A stretch of 64,000 nucleotides of DNA from Nemertoderma westbladi (taxonomy: Eukaryota > Animalia > Xenacoelomorpha). This document shows positions 33,549 to 47,200 of the stretch, piece by piece. Location of the stretch: the NCBI GenBank assembly GCA_032718475.1, contig JAUCBJ010003239.1:46859-110858 (forward strand). Direction: 5' to 3'. How positions within the stretch are numbered: position 1 is the first letter of the stretch; each line of letters opens with the position of its first letter. The notes below the pieces were generated by a model. That model was not told the origin of the DNA and did not search any database. It saw only the letters and a program-made list of their open reading frames with translations. The position numbers and the translations under genes were made by a program.

Positions 33549-36500
33549 CTTACCTCTAGTGAACGTATTGGTGCTCAAGTATACCAACCTATGGGAGTTC
33601 TACATGCGTAGGGGTTGCCCGCTGTAATAACAGATGGGCGTGTCTCCCATACCTGATGTAAGTTAAACTGGTCTGTCCCAATTAACATCGCAATGGAATG
33701 ATAATTAACAGAACATTCCGGTATTCCAAGGTGTCGGAAATACTTACGATCTTCCGGTGATTGCTCTGGCACAGGGCCGAGCAAGTTACTAAAGTCCTTC
33801 GTAGCTGCAAAGGTCAAATTTCTTACCGGAAGTAATGAGCGCTCCTCCTTGCTGTGTTCCGCTTTGGAAAGAAGAGTGTCTAAAGTTAGTTTTACTCTCG
33901 TCACAGGGATCGCTCTCTTACCATGCATGCTGCTTACAGTATACTGAGCAGTCTTACCTTGACTCATGTCCGTAACTACGTCGGCTACTTGTTCGTCGAC
34001 ATAGCTATGTGATGACGCAGAGTCTAAGATGGCGTATATACGCTTGCTCCCTCGGGTTCCGGTAATCTTTATAGGAATCACGCTAAACCCTTTCAGTTGG
34101 TTCTGTGTGAGGAGCGTTATCGAAGGCTGTTCCTCACCTGCATGCACGTAGAAAGTGTCGTCTTCCTCCTCGTCCTCGTCCGATGATCCTGATTGATCCA
34201 TACAGTCTGTATAAAAGGTATGGATCTCGCGCGGCGCACGCTCCTTATAAAGCGCGTCGCATCTAGCCGCTTTATCTGGATGCTCTCATCAAAAGCGTCT
34301 AGTCGGAGTATGATTGGTCGTGTGAAGCAACGCGTCATGGTTACGTCAACACAGAGAACATGTATTGTCGCTCGGGCAATCCTTCCGGACGTGTCCTGGC
34401 TTCATACATCTCCAGCAGGAATCTAGAGATCGGATTTGGAGTCTCCTCTCCTCGCTCCCCAACTCTTTAAAAGCACGACATCCACGTAGTTTATGTCCGC
34501 TGTAGTTTCTGCCATTCTGTTCGCAGTACGAGCATCCCACAAAGTCTGCTGGCAACTGTTGTCGTGGCCGCGTGGTGCCGATAGGCGTCAGAACTTTAGA
34601 AGTCTCAGTAGGGGTGGCGTAATTAACGGCTTTCGCGTTCGTCGGAAGTGGTTTGGTCCGATTCGGCGCAGAAATAGCTATCCCTTCCGCCGCGATATGG
34701 TGATCGGTATAGTTCGATCGAGTCTCGATCACGGCCTCCCGTGAAATCAGTTGGTAGACGTCGGTGAGTTTCAATAGCCCGCCGGCCTCCTCACGCTGGT
34801 ACTCGATGCGTCGCCATTCTCGTCGTAGTCGATGATGAAGTCGACCAATTATTCGAATGAGAACTGTCGGTGCGTTAGCATACTCGAGTTGTCCAATAGA
34901 CCGTAAAGTCCCTATAGCATTCTTGATTTCGTCCGCGAGTCGTAAAAGGTCGATCGGTTTTGAAATGTTGCCTCCTCTGCAGAGGTCTTTGATAATGGAT
35001 TTAGCCATGGCGACGTTACCTCCGTAAATCGAATATAAACGGTCGTACGCCAACTCGAAGGCATCGGGAACACCAATGAATGTTTCCGCTAATCGTTTCG
35101 GCTCACCAGACAGAACTTGGAGCAAGTAATTAAACTTCTCCGTCGAGGTGAAAGCACACTTAACGATCTGGGACTCTACGTAGTCTACCAGTGTGCGCCA
35201 GTGTTTCGCGTTGCCAGAGAACTTCGGCGGTTGCTGTGCCGGTAATCCGTGTCTAGCCGCGAATTTCACAATCTTGCTAACTAAGTCCAACTGTCCGCGT
35301 CCCTGTTCGGCGGCGTCGTCCAGTCGCTCCCTTCCGCGCGTTGTTCGTCGGTAAGAATTATTAACGGGATCTTCTTCTCGATGTGTCGGAGTCCGTCTAG
35401 TCTCCTTTTCTCTCCTCTGTGGTCGATGTTGTCTAGGTTGTTCCAACTCCACGCTGGTCCGTGATCAATCCGACGGTTGCGCTTCGAGTCGTTCTTCGAG
35501 TTGAGCTATTCTGTCCGTCATCTCGGTGAACTGTTTGGTGCTGATCGTTTCCGCTGGTTTCAACGTGGGTTTCTGTTGGGGTGTTTCTCGAGGTGGATTG
35601 TCGATGTATGGATTTGTCGACCTCTCCTCTCGTTTGTAATCCTCCGCCGCTCCAGTACGGAATATTTCCCGTTCCGTCGACTCCGAGTCGCTAGATGAGT
35701 CGCTGTCGTCCGGATAAGGTGGTTGGCGGGTTCGTGTCCGGCGTATTATTCTCGGTCTCGTCCGTTGTGGTCCGGGATCTACGGCTCTCCATTGTTCGGT
35801 AGTCTCGCAAGCCTTCCACGAAGTCATAGGTCTCGTTATACGTTGTCCGATCCCGTGGGTACTACCCACATCCATCCTCCTCCGTAGTTCGGTAGGCTCG
35901 CAAGCCTTCCACGAAGTCGTAGGTTGCGTCGAACATTGTGTCAACGGTCGAGTGAAATAGTCGGGTTTCGTAGTCGGTCTATAAATAACTGGGTTCGCAC
36001 AGCACGTCACAGGTTTAACTTGTAATGGTTTACTCACCTGTTTAATGGTCATAAACGCAGGTTCCTCTCTTCCTACAAGTAGACTACGACTTACTGTAGG
36101 TGGACTAGTTATGTTACCTGCTAAAATTGGCGATGAAGTCACCCTAGGTTGCGGTATTTCCGTCACAACAAACCTGTTGCCTTGCGTCGAACGTACAGGT
36201 GTTATTTCCTTAGGTTTCGTAACAAAGACCGGTTTTATCGAAGTCGCGGGTTTGAGCATAGGAATAACTTGGGGAAAACGTTTACAGTAATCCTCGACGA
36301 ACTCCTCTCATCGATCTATCGCTCCCACACTTCCTTCCTCGATTCGCTTCTGTATTCCGCGATATCGAGCTTCCATACGATCCATGGCAGACAAGTCGTG
36401 TCCAGCTCGCGATCTGATAGATCTATCTCTCGCGTCGAGTTCAAGGTCCGCTTGCGCGTTCGCTGCCTCGCGCGATCTACGATTCAATTCGAACTGTAGT

Positions 36501-37670
36501 TGCATCTCCCTTTCGCGTCGATCCGCTACTTGTTGTTGTGCCACTAACTTCGCTTCCTGTATAGCTAAACGAGTGGCTATTGCTACTGTACTTGGCGCGA
36601 GTGTCGGATGCTGCTTTCTTCCATGCTAATTCGTCGGCTGCCGCCGCTGCGGCTGCTTCTTGCGCTAAATCTTCCTCTAGTCTCCTCATCTCTGAGGATT
36701 CTAATTCGGCTTGCGCCTTGAGTTGCGCAATTCTCGCCTCATCCTCTCTATACTGTTTCTCTCCCTCGATGGCAATCTGTGCCATCCGGTGTTGCGCTTC
36801 TTCCTCGGCGACTTGTTGTCGGCGTGCAACCTCCTGTTGTTGTCGAGTAATCACAGACGCTGTCCTACTAACGTTGCCAACGTCGCTCCGCATGCTAACG
36901 AACGATCTATCCAGAGGTGGATGCTGGTAGGCTCGCGAGCCTTCCGTAGTGAGAACTTCCGTCGTCCCTCGCGGTTCGACTTTCGGTTCGTCGATCGGTA
37001 CGCCGCATCTACGAAGAAAATTGGTGAGCGTTTCCAACCTCCCGTCCAAGCAGTAGAGTTCTTCTTCCTCTTCGGGTTGTAACAATGCGTCCGAAACTGA
37101 CTCACCTAGCAGTTGGTCGAACTGCTCCTGTTGAGCCAATCTTATCACCGACTTAAACTGGATAAGGCTTTCTCTCGCACTTACCAACTTGTCTATTATC
37201 TTTACCTGAGTAAAGTTATCGCCACGCAACTCTGCAAGTTCGTGTAAACCTTTAAGTTTATCTACGGAGGCATGTACCCTACTTTCTATCCTTACCTGTA
37301 AGGTGTAGAACTCGTATCTCGACATCGGGGCGGTTAACTCGCGTAAAACGCGAAAACCTTCTCCGAGGTTCCGAGTAATCTGGGCCATGTGTCCTCCTAT
37401 ACTCCTAATAACGTTCTCCTGGCTTCCAGTCGAACTTACCATGTCCGGTTCCCGTGATCTAGTCTGCGGGACGGTAAGGAAATCTTCGATTCTGCCGTCG
37501 CCACGTGTTGCGGCTTCCGGTATTTCCGTTCGGGGTACCGGCGACGCAAGCGGTGTGACATCGGTGGAATCTCGGGTTCTCCTTCTCGGTTCGTCTACTG
37601 TCGATCTGTCCGGGTCGCACGAGTAATAGTCGGTAGGTGGGTATCTCGTCGAATGGGGTGTGTCACTCAT
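33549..37670 (-). pseudogene. D gag-protease remnant
   Basis: Pao Gag, knuckles CSYC/CWRC/CSLC, ILDSAS. One frameshift near 36600 and six in-frame TGA codons (36308, 35465, 34346, 34289, 34286, 33575). Confidence 0.88.
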
Positions 37671-37701
37671 GTCTTATTATATACGTCAAGTACAGGTAAT
37701 A

Positions 37702-37901
37702 AAATGTCGAAGTGTCTGAATGTTGAAATGTCAAACTTACCTTGGTATATATAGTATATATATACCCTAACCGGTACAAATAAATCAACAAGTCAGAATG
37801 TCGAAATGTCAAAATGTCGAAATGTACAAATGTCAAACTTACCTTGATATATATATATATCATATATATACCCTAACCGGTACAAATAAACTAACAAAGT
37901 A
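37702..37901. repeat. About 105-bp tandem repeat in the D leader
   Basis: Two copies of AAATGTCAAACTTACCTTG...ATATATACCCTAACCGGTACAAATAAA. Confidence 0.85.
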
Positions 37902-39181
37902 TGTAAAAGCTTCTGTGGGATATAACTGGCCCTTTTGCTTCGCAATCCAGTTTCCCCCCAGGCGCTGGAATACTCTAAAAGGCTCTCTAACTATATATAT
38001 ATTCCCCTCGCCCGCAAGGTACCGTTATAGGTGTTTTAACGGACATAAAAGTCATTCTTCTATATACGTGTTTTAGCGGACATGGTAAGGCAAAAAACCC
38101 GCAATGCACCAAATACCTTTACACAGCTTAGCCTTGATGATTCAGATTACGACATCTAACAGCTGGTTGCTGACATGGAAACGGCCATTGGACACATGGT
38201 TCTTTGTTTGCTTAACAGCCAATCAGAGCGATTTTTTCTGTCGATGTGGAGCTTTTGGGCAGATCATGCTAGGAGTGTTCTGTCTTACTGTTTTTCTTGT
38301 TACTGTTGTGTTGTTTCTATCTAGGCCAGGAACACCGGCTCTAGAGTCAACTTGTTTTCATACTTTAGAAGAAACATTAGTAGGCTTAAATTATAGAGCG
38401 TATAACTGTTATCTTATCTCACTTCATTCTTACATTATCGGTCCATATCATAACAATCACTTGTCATATCATATCTTAACCTACCGTCTTAATGCTTTTT
38501 ACTGTTGTCATATTTTGTATTAGTTGGTTGAATATTATTTGGATAACATCTATAAAGAACCAAAATTTCCCAATTTTCTTGATACACTACAGGTTAGAGA
38601 GACGGGTTATTTATAGCGATTGCGACTTATATTATTGTGGTTTGTAGTGAATTTAATGCTATTTAATAAGCACTACATGAGTCCGTTGCTGTTCTCTTTA
38701 TATATGATAAAATTCATTGACGGTCGGCAAATTAGTGAGCAGTATTGTGTGTTACCGGTAGTGTGCATGATTGTGACTGATAACTAAGCATTTCCTAAAG
38801 AATGCGCCTCATACGTGAATCATAAGCCTTACTGACTTACCGTTGTGATTAGTATAAGTCATATCTCTGTTTACTTAGATAGAGCGCCACGTCCTAAAGG
38901 AACTGTTAATATTTCCCGAAAGTGAATAATATTAGTCAGAAATTATTTATTAGCGATCAATCGAATAATACAGTAAGCTTACACTGCAATAATAATCTAA
39001 GCCCTCAGAATCCAGTCTCCCGGGTATATCCAGCGGGTGAATGGACGCGCACTAGGCTGGCTTCTGCTAATGTTGTGTTTATTGGTATTAAATATTTGTC
39101 ATCTTCTAAAGTATATTTATAAACCAAAGACATATAAATTTTGGCAGGTTAAACTGCTAAAGGTCTTCAAAAGCGCGTACA
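37902..39181 (+). repeat. C 5' LTR (1280 bp)
   Basis: TGTAAAAGC...GCGTACA; diverged homolog of the A and B LTRs. Confidence 0.85.
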
Positions 39182-39192
39182 ATAACAGTTAT
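39182..39192 (+). promoter_or_regulatory. Candidate self-priming PBS of C: ATAACAGTTAT
   Basis: Exact reverse complement of 38402-38412 in the same LTR. Confidence 0.6.
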
Positions 39193-41055
39193 TGACTTTA
39201 TTGCGGTAAGCACTAAAGTTGAAAGTACCAGTCGACCGGTAAACCTGAACCGGTACTTCTGTAGGTCCGTAGGCCCAACTGTCCTAACCGGTACTTCCAG
39301 TATATGTACATTAGTATTATTCGATTTTGATTATTGTATACCGGTAGGTCTTAGTATTTAATCAGGGACTGCAGCCCTGGTTTTTTATTGAGATTTTACT
39401 TATTTCTGTCGGTTTTATTTCCTAGTAAGTTAATATTGAGCTGAAGACGTGTAAGTCTACTCAGATTGTTCAGATAATTGTAGGCCGGACTATTGTTGGA
39501 CTGGTGTTGAGTCTGGAGAGATTGCTGTGTGTGTAGAGTTTGTCCGATAGAGTGCCAGTTAGTAAGTTGGGGCAGCCATAGCTGTAAGGTCAATCACCTC
39601 TTAAAGAATAAGTCGTACTACCGTGTTAGAACGCATACTAACTAACCGTTTCGGAATCTACACATACTGTAGTTTATTTAGGCTTGGTGGTAGTCTGCCA
39701 GCGTTTGGTTTGTATTTTGTTTGAGTATTCTGTACGGGTAGCGTAATATTTATTATTCAGAGTTTATGCGATTATTCGCAACATTCATGTCCCCAAGTTT
39801 ACTCCTACAGTAATTGTGCTTGTTATACATACCGTTATAGTTAAATTAACCCCGGTACTACACGGGCTGCTTGGCGTAGGAAAAGACTGGTGACTTTGTG
39901 CTTCGGTCACTCCAGCAGATGCCGTGGTTCTTTTAACTGTTCAAGTATATTTAACTACTGATTATTGTTGTACCAGTATTTGTACCTAATTTAGGGTTTA
40001 GTGTACAGTGCTTTCCGAAGGTAATTAGTGTGTAGGCGATATATTTGTGTTGTAAAGTGGTTAATAGGCACGTTGGATCTGGTAGTCCGCGGTAATTAAC
40101 TTCTAGGTAGGAACACTCCGTGATACATAACGTAGTACCTATAGCGATACGGCTATAGGTCGTCAGGCGGTGGTATTTTTCCTATCTGGACAGTGCAATA
40201 TATCTAATACTACTTATTATTTTCAAATACCGTAGTACCCTGTCCGTTGTAATAACCAGAATTCTAACCCTTTGTTAGGCTGGTTTGTAGACTTCCTGTA
40301 AAATTACCCTAAAAATTTCGTACGTAATATTTTGTTGTGTTTAATTAGAGATTTAATCTCACCCATATCGTAAGTAATTTGTAGTATTAAGTAACTTAGG
40401 TAAATTAGAATTATCTGTTATAGTGTCCAACAAAATAGCACTTCACTGAGAGCGCCCAGCTTCTGTGTAGTGACTCCCTCAGAAATAATAACATTTATTT
40501 CAAATATTGAAAAACCCATTTTAAACGGGTATATAAATATTATAAATCAACTCAAACGATTTATAAGTAGTAGGCCTGCCATACAACAACTAGGTCTCAA
40601 TATCAGTTGGACTACTGCTTAAATAACGGTAACAAAGTAAGTTAAAGTAACCAAGTAACCCTAAAGTATTCAGAAATTTAATTATTCTAAAAAATAATTG
40701 ACATACCGGTATTTACCATAGGCTTATTATATTTATTTCTATAAATTTGAGCTGAAATCATACCGGTATTCTGTAATTAATTCTAGTTCATAATTATACT
40801 TATATATACTATAAGTGTAAGCTGTATACCGGTATTCACGATAGGCCTATTATATATTTATATATATTTGTGCTAAATTTATATACCGGTACTCTGTGAC
40901 AAACCTAGTTTACAATACTTATATATACTATAAGTGTATACCGGTATTCTAATATACTGTAATAAATTACCGGTACTAGGCCAACGGTCATACTGAATTA
41001 CTAGACTTGCTTTAACTGTAACTATAGCAGTAAGCATTCAACTGTATAGCTAAAC

Positions 41056-41621
41056 ATGTCTGACACCCTGCAAAACCTGTCAGACAGTCTAATCGATACA
41101 ACCATCTGTGACACAGATAGGAGTGTGGAGCGATTAAGAAAAGAGTTCAGCTCACCTCCTACTGAAAGAAAGGTCATCCCTCCCGTAGTAGTATCAGACC
41201 CTAAGCTAATCCAACACCATAGGTCCATCATCGGCACTAGGGCCCAAGTCAAGCGGAACCAGGAAGCAGCTGTCCAACAGCAGCAACATCCTAGTCAAGA
41301 AACTTGTTCCCAGCAATCAGATAGCTCCAGTAGTTCGGATACTGAAGAGCTGACCCCCGAACGCGGAGTGCAGATGGCAGCTACAGCCTACTCGGATCCC
41401 CTTCTCACCCTTCCTGCCGCAGTACTAACTACAATATTGATTGCGGTGGAGGAACATCAAGCCGATTGGGCGAGGAGTAAACGAGCAACCCAAGATAATT
41501 ATGCGGGATACGCCAGGGAAGAATTGATGTCTATTGTCGAGTCACAATGGAACTTTCCCGGACCCGGACTCCCGTTAGATTTGTCCGAAGCTACTTGGGA
41601 AGATATACACAGGATGGGAGT
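41056..41621 (+). pseudogene. C gag N-terminus, truncated by insertion of E
   Basis: RKVIPPVVVSDPKLIQHHRSIIGTRAQVKR and SQWNFPGPGLP match A. Homology ends at the TG at 41622. Confidence 0.9.
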
Positions 41622-43612
41622 TGATAAACAACCGCGACCTCTATACTAACAGCAGAACTGTTGAACAGACTAATACCCGTTAATATTCTTCTGCCAACCT
41701 AATGAGCTCTCGCCTAACCAATAAGACACAAAGACTGCTCTACTGTTAAGTAAAGGGGATCAGGAGCGTGATATACTAAATTGTAAGGGTTGCTAAATAC
41801 AAAACCGCTACTTACCGTTAGATGGCGCTAATCTGCCGTCCGCTAATATATTTTACTAAATTTACACAACTCCTGCAAAATCGCTTGTTCCTTTCTCTAC
41901 CGATTGCTCGATAGAGAGCTAACTGTTCGAATCTATGAGCCACACGAGAATAACCAAAACAATAAACCCGAGTCGGCTCCCTAAGCTTACTTAAGACGAG
42001 TGCGAGAGGCCTTGCACTCAGAGTATTCCTACGCCTAATTCTATCACTTATTAAAGCACGCTATTACCTACGTCTTTTCTAATCGCGAATACTGGGGGTT
42101 CTCTAACGTAATGTGTGAATGCGAGAATATTTAAATATCAAAATGGTACAGTATTTGTCTCTCGTGGATAGTACCGCTATGGGTCTAAACTTGCCTGCAG
42201 CTGGCTTTAGGCCAGCAAATTACTAGCATTTTGTGCGTACCGAATAGTGCGATCTAGCTGATTGCCCGCTAATGCAAATAACCGCTCAGCGTGAATAGTT
42301 TACAGTACTCTAATTATTACCTTAGCTACTCTCCGCTATGCTGCGTACTAATTCTTAATTTTACTAATCAATTACAGTCACAAATATTTAACAGCGTACT
42401 AATTACTAAGAGTTCCAGAATACGTAATTCTAATTTATCACGCAACAGGTTTCGCTAGTAATAGCCTAAATTGCCGTATTACTTTGACCTAATCAGTAAC
42501 TAATTGTTGTAACTAAGAAATAGAAATCAATCAAAGAGAAAAGAGCGCCTACCTAAACATTCACAATCATAGGCACACTTCAGTAACACACCAATCAGCG
42601 TCAGCAATCACAGTTCGCAATTATGCAGTTAACTACTGTATAGCCCACAATTATGCGACTCACTATTCGTACTCCACACTCAACGTTGTGATACGTGCAG
42701 GCCTCTCTCGGGTACATATAGGACTCCTAACTAACCTGATTCCTGCCCCCCTAATACTAAATAGAGACGAAACCTGGATCATCAGCCCCCTAATTACTGT
42801 ACCAGCGATTGGTCTGCATACCACAGCGTAAACTTCCCGACCGCAACGGTGACCCCCCGCCAGCGTTGCTCGCCTTTGAATCCTCCGCTCTCCCTTCGTC
42901 GCTAACCCCCCGATGTGCCCACCGCCCACTGGCGCCTTAGCCCTCCATTATGCTAATAGCTACCGTAGCGGCGCATGCAAATCACAAAGTCTGACAGTCT
43001 CAGAAATCCCTTAGGATTATTGCGCAGAAAGGAATCACATAGAACCATTAATCAAAAGGTAGAAATCATAGTTCAGTTGTAATTAGCAGTAATCGAAGGA
43101 ATTAATTGAGAAACACAATCAAGAGTAATCGCACTAGCAAATCATTTCAAGAAACTAATCAAATTGGCAAAAATACACTAAAATATCCGTCAAAAATTGA
43201 ATAGAGACAGCTCAGCAAGTACAAAGGTGATAGCAGATCATGTGAGGTGTCATGTGAGGCTTTACCGGCACACCGCCAATTTATAGGTGATCCGGGTGGG
43301 GTGATGCAATAGGGTGACTCAATCGCTCTCCTATTGGCTCTCCAGTCCGTGCTAGCATTAGACCAACCTGGAAGCAGTTAGTCCAATAAGGAGGCCGGAT
43401 TGTAGCCCTATTGCTTGCCCAAACCTCAAATTATTACCATATATGGTAATGGTTCACGTCTCTGGCTGCTGAATGGCCAGGACAGCGTCCCTATATCTAG
43501 CCCTATTGATGCTAATATCAGCAAGCACAAAATCCAGGGTCCGAATAAACTCGCTACCCTGGAACTATCTACATATATCCTAATACAAAATTACGTAGGT
43601 GGGGCTACATAC

Positions 43613-43971
43613 TGTTATAGAATAAGCTAAATTTATAAATTATCACCCTCGCAAATTGTATTACTGTATGTAGTGCGTACAGTACAAAAGGGGAATATTG
43701 GGTTTTTAGTTTTATATATAAATACTGTATGCGTTGCGATTTTCCCGTTTTACCGGTACTACAATTAGTTGTCATGTTGTGATCAGTTGTCACTAGTTTA
43801 TGGTATAGTGTTAATACCTGTCTGTATGTTAACAATGTCTACAACGTATACCGTAGTACAGCAATTTTAATTGTATGTTTAAACTGGAAATATTATAACA
43901 AGTAACAGATTGAAGGAGAAACTTTCCTTTCCTTTACCCTAACCCAATGGAATAGAACCAATTCCACGACA
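43613..43971 (+). repeat. F 5' LTR
   Basis: TGTTATAG...CACGACA. Confidence 0.97.
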
Positions 43972-43989
43972 TGGCGCCCGATAAGGGGA
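43972..43989 (+). promoter_or_regulatory. F primer-binding site, tRNA-Lys-like
   Basis: TGGCGCCCGATAAGGGGA vs TGGCGCCCGAACAGGGAC for tRNA-Lys(UUU). Confidence 0.8.
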
Positions 43990-44274
43990 ATGGGTCAAAT
44001 CGGGAAACTCTCTAATTCTGAAGTCGAAATTGTACCTCCGTCAAACTACCGATAGGCCTACATCGACGGCGAAGCGACAGTCTGACAGTAGACTGCGTCA
44101 TTTGCAAAAGGTAGGCCGTACCGGTACTGGTAGGCCTTCATCTTCAATATCAGCTCTCAATGCTACAATAAAGGAGCACAGAGCCAACCTGAATTCCTAA
44201 ATCGGATATTCTGCTACCGGTATCAGCTTTCCTTGTAGATCAGACATACTGGTAAACAGGTAAACACTTCCGAA

Positions 44275-47200
44275 ATGACGGAACCATCTACAGCCGAAAA
44301 ATTGTTAAAAATTGCAAGATCGAGAGGTGGTGTAAGGGCGGCGGTAACTAGAAAAATTAATGATCTTGACTTCAATTCCTCGACTGTAAAAAAGCATATG
44401 GACGTGAAAATGTTGGAAAGGTATTTACAACATCTAAACTCCATGAGTGAAGAGTATTGGGCACTCCTAGATACGGCCACAAAAATAAATGACGATGTAA
44501 ATGAGACCGAAGACTACAATGTAAGAATTGAAAACGCAATTGTAGCCATTAAGGAATCTATCAGACACGAGGAGCATAGAACTACAGAGGACGCGTCTAT
44601 CACATTAAATGCAGATAAAGTTCTAAATGCATCCTTTGCAAATCAATCACTAATGGATAGCCGTATATATGCACAAACAGTCCTGCCTCGACTAGCCCCT
44701 CCCGTTTTTGATGGCAACATTCTTAATTACAGAGGTTGGTATGAAGCCTTCATAGCAGCAATTCAAGACACCGCATTGCCGGACGTTCTTAAATTCCAAC
44801 AGTTATTACGGAGTGTACGAGGTCCTGCAAAAACATTGTTGGCTGGTCTGCCAGTCGACGGTTCAAACTTTTCTGTAGCGATGGATCTGCTAAAGGAGCG
44901 TTATGGAAATGAAAAGAAAATCGCTGCGGCCCATATCCAACAACTCAGGTCGATTACAAGGTTATCAGGCTGTCCGTTACGTGAAATACATGACACATGC
45001 GTCGCACACATCCGAGCACTTAAAGCTCTAAGTGTTGAACCAACTCAATATCAGCTTACGGTTATTCCAGATATTGTATCATGTATTCCGAGAACTCTCG
45101 CAATAAAACTATGTAAAAAAGTGAGTGGTGGTGCAATTGAAGATGTATTATGGTTAATAAAACAAGTCGGCGAAGAGTTAAATGCCGAGGAAGCTTTGGA
45201 CGAGATGTTCAAATCCGCGAACTTACAGCAGGGGGAGACTAAAAGGGATAAACCTAAAGTTAAGGATCCGCCTAATCTCCCAACTGCCGCATCTTTACAT
45301 GCCACTGCATCGCCACAGTACGCTGGTAAAAGTGAGGCCAACAACAACAGAAGCGTCACAAATAAAGGGAATAATAAATTCAATAATTGCATATTCTGTA
45401 ACGGGCGTCATAAAGGTGCGAAATGTAGAACAGTATCCAACATTGATGAACGGAGACAACATATACGTGATAAAGGATTTTGTTTCCGTTGTCACCGTAA
45501 AGGTCATGGTGTTTCTGAGTGTCGGTCAACACGGGTGTGCGGCACGTGTGGCTCACACTCTCACCACGAAGCTGTTTGCAACGAACAGAGTTATTCAGCC
45601 TCTACACCAGATGACGCCAACCACAGGCCATCTCAGTCCGCTAAATCCGAATCAATACGAGGTACGAAGGAGCCCTCGTGTTCAGAGTCGCGCAAAGTTT
45701 CAGTTGGAAATGTTACATCCGGGACTCATCTGTGTACACCATTGGGTGCATCATATAGGCCTACCAGCACCGCTAATTCTGATGAAGTTTTACTTCAAAC
45801 GGCCACAATCGATTGTAAAATAAACTCATCAAGGGTCATTAATATAAATACTGTATTCGACCCTGGCAGTCAACGGTCGTTTATTACGCAACAACTCGTG
45901 GATCGTTGGAATATTCCGGTAGTCGAAAAACTGTCTTTACCTGTTTCGGGTTTCGGGGCGACTGAGGAACCTATACCACTCAAACGTGATATTGTTGAAA
46001 TTAGTCTCTGTCTAAGGAATAATGACAACATCGCAATGAAGGTCGCTGTTGTTGATACTATCTGTCGACCTATTAGCAATTGGGTCTCTCGTAATACATG
46101 GGAACGATGCCGTTATCTAGAGTCACTAGATTTGGCAGATGAATCTCTACGTTGCGCAACTTCAGAAACGTTGTTCTCAGTAGACCTTCTTATCGGCACT
46201 GATAAATATTGGGATATCGTCTCCGGGACCGTAATGCGTGGATGCAGCGATGACCCGGTCGCCCTGGACAGTAGCATTGGCTGGATATTGTCTGGGACGG
46301 CGCGTCAAGTTGCGTATGAAAATACTGCGCCACTTCGCATGATATTACCAACTAGCACAGAGGTTTTAACCACAATGACGCAAACATTGTATACAAATGA
46401 TTCCCATAAATCGTTGGTGGACCTCATTAAGCAATTTTATTCTTTAGAATCAATTGGGATTAATTTAAATGAACCTGATATTTTTTATAAAGTTTTGGGT
46501 AAATTTGCAATGCAAAATGGTCTGTATACCGTGGGACTTCCTTGGAAGTTACCCAAATGCCATATTACAAATGATTTTGATTATTGTTCAGGAATACTCA
46601 GATCTACTTTAAACCGTCTAAGCAGATCAGGTATTCTAGAACGATATGATGAAGTGATCAAAGATCACTTAACGCATGGTTATATCGAACCTATCGAGCT
46701 AGAACATAATAGCCGATATGGTGAGAATTGTCACTATATACCACATTACGGGGTTTTAAAGGAAACCCGATTAACTACTAAGTTACGTGTTGTTTTTAAC
46801 GCATCTGCTAAAAGGTCAGAGACGTCATTATCCTTAAATGACTGTCTAATGACTGGCCCAAACTCAATCCCTAATTTGTGCACCCAAATAATTAATTTTA
46901 GAATTAACTTTGTGGGGGTGATAGCCGATTTAGAACACGCGTTTATGAGGTGCGGTATAAACCCACAAGATCGGGATATGTTACGATTCTTGTGGGTTAG
47001 GGATATACATAACTGGAGTACTACAGATACAAAACTGGATTTGGTAGGTTACCGATACACACGGGCCATGTTCGGACTTAATTGTAGTCAAGACATACTG
47101 TATGCCACATTACAACATCATTTAGATATAGAATCTAAAACTACTGACCAAGTTGTATTAGCAATAATCGACAAATTACGAAGCCTTTATGTAGACGATT

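Larger units (their letters stand above)
33549..37901 (-). mobile_element. Bel/Pao element D fragment (outermost, most decayed), cut by B on the left and C on the right
   Basis: Gag-PR similar to E (KFAARHGLPAQQPPKF vs KFAARQGLPTQQPQKF). Bounded by the B LTR end and the C LTR start. Confidence 0.85.
37902..41621 (+). mobile_element. Bel/Pao element C (5' LTR, leader and start of gag), A/B/C family, interrupted by E
   Basis: LTR, a leader homologous to A 13217-20043, and a gag N-terminus homologous to A up to HRMGV at 41621. Confidence 0.88.
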
